Shown in pieces: positions 1 through 9,583 of a stretch of 41,611 nt of DNA. This stretch comes from a virus. Its lineage: Duplodnaviria; Caudoviricetes. A model generated the notes under the pieces. It searched no databases, was not told the DNA's origin, and worked only from the letters and a program-made list of their open reading frames with translations. The stretch covers positions 1-41,611 of the IMG/VR virus record IMGVR_UViG_3300042972_000017; one strand, 5' to 3'. Numbering within the stretch: position 1 is the stretch's first letter; every line of letters starts with the position of its first letter. A program made the position numbers and the translations under genes.

Positions 1-1161
1 ATGACTTTTTCTAATTCTGACATCAATGAGATTAAAGGGTTCACTCTTCCAACCCTTCATCAAGGGAAAGAATGTTTTGTAAGTTTCCAGGCTTTCGACC
101 CGGTTTCCAAGAAAATGAAGAGAAAGAAAATAATGCTTGGAAAGATCAAGGGTAAAACTGCACAAAAGAAGTACTCCCAGGGGATTATCAATAGAATTTA
201 CAAGAAACTACTTGAAGGGTGGAATCCATGGATTGAGCAAACAGCACCTCAGGAATATACTTCCTTCCTGGAAGTTTCTGAAAAGTATTCCAATTACCTC
301 TACAAGCTTTTAAGGGACAACAGCATACGAGAAGAAACCGTAATCAGCTATCTCAGTTATCTCCGGATGCTTAAGGAATGGTCTGAAGGGAAAATCAATT
401 ATATTTTTCAACTCAATCACAGGTTTGTATGTGAGTTTCTTGATTACGTTTTCATTGGTAGAAATAATTCCATACAAACCAGAAACAATTATCTTGCTTG
501 GTTAAAAACCTTTTGCAAATATCTTCTGTCACGTTGTTACATCTCTTCTGATCCCACCTCCGGACTATCAACGGTCCAAAGGTGTGCAAAAAAGAAAAAC
601 CGCTCTATTCTTTCAGACTCTGCCCTATTGCAACTTCATGACTATCTGATGAAGAAAAACAAACACTATCTACTTGCTTGTTACCTTCTTCATTATATGT
701 TCATTCGTCCACATGAAATGACCTATATAAAAATTAGCGATATCCACCTATCAGGACCAACGCTTTACTTACATGGAGACAACACTAAGAATCACAATGA
801 TGCAGTATTGACCATTCCTACGAAAGTTATCCATCTCATGCTCGATCTCAACATTTTCAGCTATAACGGCAATCTCTATTTATTTTCAGACTGTTTCGCT
901 CCTGGAGAAAACCGAAAATCGGAAAAAGCATTCCGTGACTTTTGGTTACAAAGAGTACGCAGAGATCTAAGATTTCCCCCTGAATACAAGTTCTATTCCC
1001 TGAAAGATACTGGCATAACCAATATGTTAAAGTCTAATATGGATATCCTGTCCGTCCGTGACCAAGCACGTCACTCTTCGATACTTATCACAGACCGCTA
1101 TACACCTAAAGATATTATGAATGTAAATAAGGCTATACTCAACTATGACGGAGTTCTCTAG
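1..1161 (+). CDS. int: Tyrosine recombinase / phage integrase
   Basis: SAM-like core-binding region followed by catalytic motifs FIRPHEM (R), NTKN (K), FYSLKDTG (HxxR position), RHSS (H) and ITDRY (Y). Confidence 0.93.
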   Translation: MTFSNSDINEIKGFTLPTLHQGKECFVSFQAFDPVSKKMKRKKIMLGKIKGKTAQKKYSQGIINRIYKKLLEGWNPWIEQTAPQEYTSFLEVSEKYSNYLYKLLRDNSIREETVISYLSYLRMLKEWSEGKINYIFQLNHRFVCEFLDYVFIGRNNSIQTRNNYLAWLKTFCKYLLSRCYISSDPTSGLSTVQRCAKKKNRSILSDSALLQLHDYLMKKNKHYLLACYLLHYMFIRPHEMTYIKISDIHLSGPTLYLHGDNTKNHNDAVLTIPTKVIHLMLDLNIFSYNGNLYLFSDCFAPGENRKSEKAFRDFWLQRVRRDLRFPPEYKFYSLKDTGITNMLKSNMDILSVRDQARHSSILITDRYTPKDIMNVNKAILNYDGVL

Positions 1162-1170
1162 CCCACAAAG

Positions 1171-1216
1171 CCCACATTCACACAAGTTCTGAGAACCAGC
1201 TCTTTGTGAATGTGGG
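1171..1216. terminator. Inverted repeat between convergent genes, probable bidirectional terminator
   Basis: Perfect 12-bp IR CCCACATTCACA (1171-1182) / TGTGAATGTGGG (1205-1216). Confidence 0.6.
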
Positions 1217-1244
1217 ATTTACACACAAATCACACACAAAGCCA

Positions 1245-3182
1245 TCAAAGAACCTCATAGAAATATCCAGTTTTCTCCCTTTCTATGCTTCCATTTGATA
1301 TCTCCATCTCTATTTTCTCACAAATATATTTTTTATTCCTGAAGTCATATATTTTAGACGGAGTCGGAACATCATCCGTAATAAATTTTATGGTTATCTG
1401 ATTATGTTTGTCTATCTTATAATCCCGTTGATAAGAGCCGATACCTTCCTGATAAGGCAAATTCGCAAGGGTCAAAGATCCTTTATCTCTAAATGCCCAA
1501 TTAAACATACGATGGTCCGTATAAGTAATCGGCCAACAATTCTTCAAGTCGTAATTTCCGAACTTCTCACCTGGTTTGGTTATCATGTCAGAATTATTAA
1601 TATTGTATACCAGGTAATCTGATTGAAACATCACAGGAATCTTTGAATCATCTTCGGTTCCATCTGTTTCCTGATCCAAACCGTTTTCCATGGCATCTTG
1701 AACGGACATATAGTAATTGCCATTCTCATCCTCCGACATATTCTCAAATTCAGCTTCCTTATCATTGGATACGGAAGGGATCATAACTTTTGTTTCCTTG
1801 CCCATCAGATCAAGAGCGGTCATCCACCCAGGTTCCTTTTGATTATGTTTATAAAAGTTTGAAAACGCTGCTGGACATATGTTCAGATCCATATAATCCT
1901 CTGAGCTATTGTCACGGACAATAGGTGAAAAGAAACCACATTGGATTTTCTGCTCACTTTGATCTTCACTGTCGGGATCGCCGTTTTTAGACATCATTGC
2001 CCATATATAATAGTTGTTCCCAACTTGAAAAATTGTCTTTCTCCGATCTTCATCAGACATACCAGCTGCTGCAGTCGTCATCTGGTCTTCGGAATCATAA
2101 ACCTTAGTCGTGAATTTTTTGAATACATCAGGTGTAATAACCTCACGCCAATCTCTATTCACAGACCCATCAAAAGAATATTCCACATTTGACGTCGCTA
2201 AATTCTCCAAGCCATCACTATCATATTCTACAGAGAAATCATCTACCGCTTCATATCCAATACTCTTATTAGTAAGCAATTCATTTGCCGATATGATTTT
2301 AACGGTCTTCTCTATTTCATCGAAAATAAAACTCGCATTAAACAGTTTGCGTATTTCTTCTATGAATTTATAAACTGTCCAATGAGGCAGTGAATTCTCA
2401 ATCTTTATTGTTTTTGTCGCTGATGCTATCAACAATCTATTCCAAGGATCTTTATCATAATCATTTTTGACAAGCCTATACCCTTCATACTCCAGGACTT
2501 TCTTGACAACATATAACAAATTCGGTTGTACAGCGATGTTGTACATAAACGGCCAAGTGCCTTTGTGGTTTACACCATTCACGACACATTTGTCGAATGG
2601 CGCTACATTAATACAATTAGCTATTATCTCATTTGTCTCATCGAAAACAGGATTAAACGCACATACACCTTTTTGTCCGATGAAACAGTCTTTAGAAAAA
2701 GAAATGAATAGCATGTCTTTGAAACCATTACCACCCATATTAATTCCTTCACTGATTATATTCTTAAGCGTTCCGTCAGAATAAAACCCATCTTGTAGTC
2801 CAGAATCGATAACAACATCAGGAAAGGATATTTGATCTATATAATGTTTTTCAAATCTGGAATTGAACTTAATACGAGACTTCCCACCAACAATCTGCAC
2901 TTTGACCTGGTCATTAGTGATACTTGTTACCGTACCTTTACCACTGATAATAAGGCGATTGTCAATATATAGTCGACAATCCTCAAAATCAGCAATAATT
3001 TTTTTGACTTCAAAACGGTCAACGTTACCGAAAAGAACTTTGTTTTCGATGATTGACATAGGAAAACTTATATCATAAGTATAAGACCCAGAGTCACTGA
3101 TATACTGATTCTCGTATGTGACTTTGATTTTTTCTGAAGTAGAAGGATAACCCACCTTCCCATCTAATATACATCTGATCAT
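1245..3182 (-). CDS. Phage tail protein (tail tip/hub-like)
   Basis: 645-aa ORF overlapping the tape measure stop by 4 bp; N-terminal GSYTYDISFP-type motif; function inferred from position. Confidence 0.6.
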   Translation of the reverse strand: MIRCILDGKVGYPSTSEKIKVTYENQYISDSGSYTYDISFPMSIIENKVLFGNVDRFEVKKIIADFEDCRLYIDNRLIISGKGTVTSITNDQVKVQIVGGKSRIKFNSRFEKHYIDQISFPDVVIDSGLQDGFYSDGTLKNIISEGINMGGNGFKDMLFISFSKDCFIGQKGVCAFNPVFDETNEIIANCINVAPFDKCVVNGVNHKGTWPFMYNIAVQPNLLYVVKKVLEYEGYRLVKNDYDKDPWNRLLIASATKTIKIENSLPHWTVYKFIEEIRKLFNASFIFDEIEKTVKIISANELLTNKSIGYEAVDDFSVEYDSDGLENLATSNVEYSFDGSVNRDWREVITPDVFKKFTTKVYDSEDQMTTAAAGMSDEDRRKTIFQVGNNYYIWAMMSKNGDPDSEDQSEQKIQCGFFSPIVRDNSSEDYMDLNICPAAFSNFYKHNQKEPGWMTALDLMGKETKVMIPSVSNDKEAEFENMSEDENGNYYMSVQDAMENGLDQETDGTEDDSKIPVMFQSDYLVYNINNSDMITKPGEKFGNYDLKNCWPITYTDHRMFNWAFRDKGSLTLANLPYQEGIGSYQRDYKIDKHNQITIKFITDDVPTPSKIYDFRNKKYICEKIEMEISNGSIEREKTGYFYEVL

Positions 3183-6100
3183 TTGTTATTCTGTAATTTG
3201 TGGAAACGATCAAGTTGATGAGCTATTCCGTTTTGTCCGTCAATCGACACAATAGCAGGAATACCCCTATCAATCGTTCTATTCAGTTTATCAACTACCT
3301 GACTGACACCATTGATGGTCGAGGCCATATCTTTATTATCATTATTAACCTGTACAACCGGAGCTATGACAGCAGCACCGCCCTGCCCTAACTGGTTACT
3401 GACGTCCGTAGCAGTTAGCGATCCTACCGTATTGTTCTTCTGAGCAATATCAATAAGCCGGAGAACCGGCAGAATAGAAGCATTTGCCAAGGCATTATGA
3501 TTTGCGACGAACTCGCCCTCATGAACGATACCTGCCTTTTTCCGAAAATCCATTCCAGGCGTAAATCCTCCTTGATAATATCCGGCCTCTTCAGCTTGAT
3601 GTTGCTTCTTGATTGCAGCCAGGTTAATCATCCCTGCAGCCATTGCAATTCCAGCAGCAACTGGTGCGAGGATTTGTGCAGCCGGCCAAGGGGCGCCTTC
3701 CCATACAGAAGTATATGCACGCATTGCACCTAATAACATCGTTGCTGTAGCTTGGGCCAGTTCCATCTTCATCTGCTTTTTATTGTATTTTGACTTAATC
3801 CGGGCGATTTCCTTTTCTTTCTTTTCTTCGAGTTTTTGCGTCCTTGCCGTATTATTGCCTGCAGCCTTTTCAAGTTTCTCGTACTTCTTGTTCGTCACAT
3901 TTTGCTCATACTCCGATTGTGCAGAATAGTAACCGGACATTGCATTCATGATCTGACTGACCGTTTCAAAAGCCATCTGTATTTTAGGTGTTATACCTTT
4001 GATAAAGTCATCTGTAGCCATTGACTTTGCCTGCTGATATGCTTCGTAATTCTTTGCATCTTCTCCATACATTGCTTTTAATTGTTCAACTGTATCTTTA
4101 TAGCGAGTGATGTCTCCTAACAGATATGATCCCAAAGTAGGCTTTTTCTCTCCTTCCTGTGCATCGGCATTGTTAGATGCAGTCCGATATGCAGTATTAG
4201 CTTCATCAGAGACCACTGAATTATGCGAATTTTTTTTATTCTGTTCAGATTGCAGTTCTGCATAATAAAGTTGGATTTGCCTTTTCATTTCTCCATACTC
4301 TTTTTCTTTGACAAATCCTTTCTTGTGCAGAGTATCGAGCCCTCTAAGTGCGATGACCTCTTGTTCCTTGACGTCCTTTCTTCCGAACTCCTCCCGATAT
4401 TGTGCCAGGCGCTGAAGGAATTTATCTTCATTATCCAACTGATGTTGCCGAGAGTTATCCTCTAATTCAGCCTGTGTATTCAGCCATTCTTCAGTACCTT
4501 TTCCGTATACATCCATTTTCTTTTTCAAGGAATCCTGCATACTTTGGAATAAGGCTTCATTAACTGCATCTTCGTCCATATAGGAGGCACTATCCTTATT
4601 GTAAAATTGGGCCTTAATAGCAGCGTCACGTTGCTGTTGCTCTATCTCAATGTTCTTAATGTTCATCTTGACGGATTCTTCGCTATGCTCCTCATCGGCA
4701 TGCTGTTCAGCACGCAGGATATCATCATACTCCCTGGAGCCTGCCTTCCATAACTTCTTCCTTTTTTCAAGACCAGCTTTAAGGATGGCTTCTTTCCTGT
4801 CGATAAAATCCTGATAATTGATTTCGCCCTTAGAATAGAGTAAGGCGAGGTTCTGCAGCTGCAGGTTGGTTTCCGATAGCTCTTTTCGATCCGCTTCTTT
4901 CCGTCTTTTGTCTGCGGCTGCCTGGGCTTTACGTTCTGCAACTTCCCTTGCTTTCTGCCTTTTTTCTTGTGCTTTTTGCTCTTTTTCACTAATGGTACTA
5001 TTACCGGATCCGGTCTGATCACCTCCAGTATTGACTACTCTTTGCCGAACTGTAGCCACAACATCTTTTTGCAGTCCCAAGCCCCATGTTTTCAATACTG
5101 CATTTTGTTGCGATCGAATTTCTTTTACTTTATTGTTTGCAGCTGCTAACTGTTGGTTGGTCTTATTGAGTAGGTCAACAGTCGTGTTACTAGTCATTCC
5201 AAAGGATGTTGTATAGGTCACACCTTTTCCTGCTTTTCGTGCATTTTCAAAGGCTTTTTTAGCTTGGTCTGCAGCAATTTTTGCAGATGCCATTTGTTTG
5301 CCGAGATCACGCAAAGTATCTTTAGCACCCTCCAACTCGTATTTTCGCACCAGAGATTTGAGGTAATTATCCAAAGCACTCTTGTTTTCTTTGTACTTGT
5401 TAGTCGTAACATCGAGTTGTGCGTTATATCCTGGGATGATTCTATTTAATTCTCTAATTGCTGTCTGCCTTTCATCCAGAGATAGTTTTTCGTCCTTAGC
5501 AGCTGCAACGAGAGTATTAATTTTCTCGGTTTCATCGACTGCATCTTCCCTGGCTTTAGCCCGGATCTTACTTAATGTCTTTTGTGCTGCGGTCTCATTA
5601 TCGGTCTGTCTAACCAAATCTATAATCACACCGACCAAAGCAGCTGCAGCGAGGGTTGCAGTAGCGTATGGATTATTGATTATTAAGGTCCATAACTTCT
5701 TGCATGATGCCACCAACACGTCAGTCCAAAATGCTTGTAATTTTTTACATATAACATCAAATTTTTCGACAACTGTAAGTGCCGTTATCGCTATAATGAG
5801 TGAGGTTAACGTTATCTTATACTTACTGACAAAATCGATTATTACGGAGAGCAACTTAATCATTTCGCTACCTGTAGAAATGGTATATCGAGCCACAGGC
5901 ATAAGTTTCTGACCGAGTTTTATGCTTAGGTCTAAGAATTCTTTTTTTGCCTTATCGAGTTGGGCTGCAACTGTATTGTTTTGTATGTTGAATTCATTCA
6001 GGACTGATGTTCCCTTGTTATATTCCGTGGCTGCCAATTTTTGTGCAGCTCTAACTTGGTCCAGATGAGATGCTACAGATGACAGAACACCTACAGCACG

Positions 6101-7798
6101 AGTACCGTCAAGATTCATCGACTCGAACATAGGAGCCATTTCTGCGAAACCTCCCTTATTTTTCATTGCGGAGAGAAATTGCAGGAGGGCACCGTTGGCA
6201 TCCGTCTTAAGCAAGTTAGTGAATTTCTTCACATTCTGACCGGCTATTTTAGCGAACTTTGCAGGATCCTGATACATTTTCGTAATGAGTTGCGAGAATA
6301 CCGTTGCTGCAGTCGATTCATCTTGCATGTTTTGATCGAGCGCTGATGCAAGTCCCATGATCTGTGTCTGTGCCATATTGGCTTGTCGGCCAACGCCTGA
6401 TATGTCGGCCGTAAAATCTACAATATACCCAGCATTGGCAGAAGAATTTTGGGCAAGTTCATTGACAGCAGAACCTGTTGCATACATGGCACCTCGCAGA
6501 CCTTTTCTCTTGTCCTCACCAAACATCTGTGTCAGTTTACCAATCTTTTCTACAGCGCCATCGCCGAGATCATCCCCGAGGGCAACATTAATCTTATCTG
6601 CACCATCGACAAACTCCTCTATCATTTTGTTGCCGACAATACCCAGACGTCCTGCAGCCCCTGCAAGATTGTTGAGTTGCTCTCGTGATGTACGAGTATT
6701 CATGTTTTTAAAATCCTCGTTCATCTCTCTTACCTGTGCATCAGTTTGACCGGTATATTTCCGCACGTTCGCCATCACATCTTCCATGTGTGCAAAATCG
6801 TTAACACACTTCCGTATGGCAAGAGATAGTGTCGTTATTGCTGCTATAATGGCCATAACCACACTTTGTGCTCTATTGAATCCGTCTGCAAAACGTCCTA
6901 TCCAAGAGCTTTGAGCAGAGGTTTCCTGCCTTATGTGTTGCAGTTGCGTGTTCAGTTTTTTAGCCTGGGCGCTCATCTGGCGAAATTCCTCCGTCCCTCT
7001 ATCCATGCCACGTAATTGCTCGTTTATTATCTTGAGGGAGTACTCTATATCCCTTATAGATGACTTATCCAAATTTTTCAATGTAGCATTAATCAACCGG
7101 TTCTCCTGCTCAATGGTCATAGCATCCCTTTTCGTAAGAGCTAACTCTTCATTATACTTCTGAATAGTACTATTATTCTGTTCCTGAGCAAGATTGATTT
7201 CCCTGATCCGGTTCTGTACCACTTTTAATTTTTCTCCAGAATCACTATATCCCTTGGAACCAGGAATAGCCTCCTGCATCTGTTTTTTAAGAGTTTCCGC
7301 TGCCAGGGCCAACTCTTTCAATGAAGACGTGGAAATATTCTCGAGAACATATTTCATATTAGCCATCTCGTCATTGAGTTGCTTTTGCTCCTGAAAATCC
7401 TGTTTGGTCTGTGTACGTATTCCAGCTATCTGTGTTTTCACGGACTTGAGTTTATCAGACAAATCCTCAAAATACTTTGTATTCTGTGGAGTCTTCTTCA
7501 TTTCTGCATTCAATGTCCGCTCGGCATACATGAGTTGATTTAAAGACACCTTATCTAGATTCTGAAGGATATCCGTAACACCTTGGGACGTCTTTGCCAG
7601 TTTATCCATCGATTTTTCATTCCTCTGAATCTGCTGATTCAGACCATTGATATCCTTAAAATCTCCATGGTTTTGAATAAGTTGATCCCTCTTTTTAATA
7701 AGGTCTTCTGTCTTTTTCTTTAAGTCTTCCAACTTATTCTTTGCATTCTCAGAATTAAGTTTGATCTCTGTTGTAAATTCCTGATAAGAATTAGCCAT
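3179..7798 (-). CDS. Phage tail tape measure protein
   Basis: 1539 aa, Ala/Lys/Gln-rich coiled coil, TP901-type core (MANVRKYTG...DKINVALGDDLG), hydrophobic stretches, C-terminal GIVHEGEFV motif. Confidence 0.92.
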   Translation of the reverse strand: MANSYQEFTTEIKLNSENAKNKLEDLKKKTEDLIKKRDQLIQNHGDFKDINGLNQQIQRNEKSMDKLAKTSQGVTDILQNLDKVSLNQLMYAERTLNAEMKKTPQNTKYFEDLSDKLKSVKTQIAGIRTQTKQDFQEQKQLNDEMANMKYVLENISTSSLKELALAAETLKKQMQEAIPGSKGYSDSGEKLKVVQNRIREINLAQEQNNSTIQKYNEELALTKRDAMTIEQENRLINATLKNLDKSSIRDIEYSLKIINEQLRGMDRGTEEFRQMSAQAKKLNTQLQHIRQETSAQSSWIGRFADGFNRAQSVVMAIIAAITTLSLAIRKCVNDFAHMEDVMANVRKYTGQTDAQVREMNEDFKNMNTRTSREQLNNLAGAAGRLGIVGNKMIEEFVDGADKINVALGDDLGDGAVEKIGKLTQMFGEDKRKGLRGAMYATGSAVNELAQNSSANAGYIVDFTADISGVGRQANMAQTQIMGLASALDQNMQDESTAATVFSQLITKMYQDPAKFAKIAGQNVKKFTNLLKTDANGALLQFLSAMKNKGGFAEMAPMFESMNLDGTRAVGVLSSVASHLDQVRAAQKLAATEYNKGTSVLNEFNIQNNTVAAQLDKAKKEFLDLSIKLGQKLMPVARYTISTGSEMIKLLSVIIDFVSKYKITLTSLIIAITALTVVEKFDVICKKLQAFWTDVLVASCKKLWTLIINNPYATATLAAAALVGVIIDLVRQTDNETAAQKTLSKIRAKAREDAVDETEKINTLVAAAKDEKLSLDERQTAIRELNRIIPGYNAQLDVTTNKYKENKSALDNYLKSLVRKYELEGAKDTLRDLGKQMASAKIAADQAKKAFENARKAGKGVTYTTSFGMTSNTTVDLLNKTNQQLAAANNKVKEIRSQQNAVLKTWGLGLQKDVVATVRQRVVNTGGDQTGSGNSTISEKEQKAQEKRQKAREVAERKAQAAADKRRKEADRKELSETNLQLQNLALLYSKGEINYQDFIDRKEAILKAGLEKRKKLWKAGSREYDDILRAEQHADEEHSEESVKMNIKNIEIEQQQRDAAIKAQFYNKDSASYMDEDAVNEALFQSMQDSLKKKMDVYGKGTEEWLNTQAELEDNSRQHQLDNEDKFLQRLAQYREEFGRKDVKEQEVIALRGLDTLHKKGFVKEKEYGEMKRQIQLYYAELQSEQNKKNSHNSVVSDEANTAYRTASNNADAQEGEKKPTLGSYLLGDITRYKDTVEQLKAMYGEDAKNYEAYQQAKSMATDDFIKGITPKIQMAFETVSQIMNAMSGYYSAQSEYEQNVTNKKYEKLEKAAGNNTARTQKLEEKKEKEIARIKSKYNKKQMKMELAQATATMLLGAMRAYTSVWEGAPWPAAQILAPVAAGIAMAAGMINLAAIKKQHQAEEAGYYQGGFTPGMDFRKKAGIVHEGEFVANHNALANASILPVLRLIDIAQKNNTVGSLTATDVSNQLGQGGAAVIAPVVQVNNDNKDMASTINGVSQVVDKLNRTIDRGIPAIVSIDGQNGIAHQLDRFHKLQNNK

Positions 7799-7819
7799 AA
7801 CATTTGATTTTAGTTTCTA

Positions 7820-7853
7820 CAAAAATAGCTTGATGATTCAATTTGAAAAATAC
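7820..7853 (-). promoter_or_regulatory. Promoter GTATTTTT-N18-TATTTTTG for the tape measure operon
   Basis: TAnnTTTG box at 7820-7827; upstream GTATTTTT box at 7846-7853. Confidence 0.65.
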
Positions 7854-7884
7854 AAAAAAGCCACACTCTGAAAAAAGTGTGGCT
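7854..7884 (-). terminator. Intrinsic terminator after the lysis cassette
   Basis: AGCCACACT/AGTGTGGCT 9-bp stem followed by a T run on the minus strand. Confidence 0.7.
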
Positions 7885-8458
7885 AATTTACCATTATGAA
7901 TGACTCATATTTTATTTTTGCATGTGGATTATAATTCAGTATCTTCACTTCATACCCCTTTGTCCCCCAATGCCAAAAGAGGAAATGATGCTTATATTGC
8001 CTCACGACATACGTCTTTAAAGAGTCTCTAACAGAATAGTACAATGCCGAATCCTTTAAAGACAAAAGGAAAGTCACCCACCTATCTTTATAGTTATAGG
8101 TACCCAAGCTAGGACTGGAGGACAAACGAACGGTATCGTGGATTTCCACAGTCTTAATCTCCTGAGACCCTACCTGCCCAGATTTGACGTCCAGTTCTTT
8201 AAGTTCTTCCTGGTCTGCAAAGGATTGCTTATATGATGATTTAGAAACTACATTGACTTTAGATGATGCAACTGGTATTGTGTCATGTATAACCGTATAT
8301 TGCATAGGTTGATGGATTTGTGCATGGGCGAGTTCAACTTTCAACTTCTCAATTTCGTTATTCCGAGATACATAACCACTAAAGATAATGGTTAAAAGTA
8401 TAATCAACAGCAAAATTCCGGCTGCCCGAAACAAATACTTTTTTATTTCATTCTTCAT
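7883..8458 (-). CDS. Membrane-anchored lysis accessory protein (spanin-like)
   Basis: Probable start MKNEIKK at 8458 overlaps the endolysin stop; N-terminal TM helix, coiled coil, C-terminal HFLFWHWG; follows holin and endolysin. Confidence 0.55.
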   Translation of the reverse strand: MKNEIKKYLFRAAGILLLIILLTIIFSGYVSRNNEIEKLKVELAHAQIHQPMQYTVIHDTIPVASSKVNVVSKSSYKQSFADQEELKELDVKSGQVGSQEIKTVEIHDTVRLSSSPSLGTYNYKDRWVTFLLSLKDSALYYSVRDSLKTYVVRQYKHHFLFWHWGTKGYEVKILNYNPHAKIKYESFIMVN

Positions 8459-8856
8459 ATCAACTCCCATCCTTTCCTTACATCGAGCATATTTGCTCTT
8501 GTACCATTTTCCATACGAGACATTGCAGCAACCACGGCACACATCATTGCCTTGCTTGTAATTTCCAGTGTGGCATTCTTAGGGATTCCACTCCAGACAG
8601 ACACATGCGTAATATATGCAGTTGTATCATTCTCATTGCTCGGAGCCCAGCGCTGGATCATCTTGCTGATAGTATTAAGGCCATATCGGTTATAATAAGT
8701 TCGAAGTATCACAAACATTGCCCGGTATCCGTAAGACATATTGACAAATTGCTTGAAATTTCTGTCTTTTGACGGGCGGATTTCTCCCTGATACTTGATT
8801 CCTGAAATTCTGATATTCCCCGGATTATTGTTCCTTAGTCCCCTGCTTTTTAACAT
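8455..8856 (-). CDS. Endolysin, lysozyme-like (RNNNPGNIR family)
   Basis: RGLRNNNPGNIR and RWAPSNENDTTAY motifs; follows the holin-like gene. Confidence 0.75.
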   Translation of the reverse strand: MLKSRGLRNNNPGNIRISGIKYQGEIRPSKDRNFKQFVNMSYGYRAMFVILRTYYNRYGLNTISKMIQRWAPSNENDTTAYITHVSVWSGIPKNATLEITSKAMMCAVVAAMSRMENGTRANMLDVRKGWELI

Positions 8857-9097
8857 CTTTACCTCCTTTTATCTTGTCCGCTACAAAATCTTGAATATCT
8901 CCCATTTTAGAATGTATATAGATCGATACGCCGAATATGCTGCCTGCATATACAAGAGTCTGGGCGACATACCAAAGTACACTATCATCAACTTTATAAT
9001 GATTAAGGAAAAAACAAAGAAAGGTAAGCAGTATGCCACTACTTAGCATTACCACTGCTGAACCGTACTGAATCCATTCTTTTGTGTTTGCTTTCAT
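8825..9097 (-). CDS. Holin
   Basis: 90 aa, two TM segments, charged C-terminus, immediately upstream of the endolysin. Confidence 0.7.
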   Translation of the reverse strand: MKANTKEWIQYGSAVVMLSSGILLTFLCFFLNHYKVDDSVLWYVAQTLVYAGSIFGVSIYIHSKMGDIQDFVADKIKGGKDVKKQGTKEQ

Positions 9098-9118
9098 ATT
9101 TAAATGATTTTATTACTG

Positions 9119-9152
9119 CAAAGGTAGACCATATGACTTTATATAAAAATAC
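9119..9152 (-). promoter_or_regulatory. Promoter GTATTTTT-N18-TACCTTTG for the lysis cassette
   Basis: -7 box at 9119-9126; upstream box at 9145-9152. Confidence 0.65.
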
Positions 9153-9180
9153 GCCAACAACCTTCCGGTTATTGGCGTAT
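9145..9180 (-). terminator. Intrinsic terminator after the tail-tip/DGR operon
   Basis: ATACGCCAA-c-AACC ttcc GGTT-a-TTGGCGTAT stem-loop followed by TTTT on the minus strand. Confidence 0.7.
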
Positions 9181-9204
9181 AAAAGTGATAAAGAATACTT
9201 CAAA

Positions 9205-9573
9205 TTAAAGCCATTTGTCTACCTGTATTTTCGCAGCCTCACAAAAGGATGTGTAAGATTCCCATTCAGTTGCATAAGCTTCAGGATCTGTTTGGTGATG
9301 ACGTTGTATAGCGAACTCTTGTGATTCACTGTATTTTGATCTGATTATTGCATTAATTAGATCATCACGACTATTTAAGTTTTCACAAGGCATAATCGTA
9401 CCGCCGTCAACTTCTAAACCTTCATATTGATAACCAGTATATGGCTCAATCTTACTAGAATCGTTTGTTACTGGCTGATACTTATCAAGAATTGTTTCAT
9501 TGAGATACCCGATAATGTGTTTTGAATCGTACTTTTTAAAAGTGCGGGGATTCCGATATACTACTTTATACAT
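9205..9573 (-). CDS. Hypothetical phage protein downstream of the DGR RT
   Basis: 122-aa ORF starting 10 bp after the RT stop, AT-rich leader, followed by a terminator. Confidence 0.7.
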   Translation of the reverse strand: MYKVVYRNPRTFKKYDSKHIIGYLNETILDKYQPVTNDSSKIEPYTGYQYEGLEVDGGTIMPCENLNSRDDLINAIIRSKYSESQEFAIQRHHQTDPEAYATEWESYTSFCEAAKIQVDKWL

Positions 9574-9583
9574 ATTATTTTAT

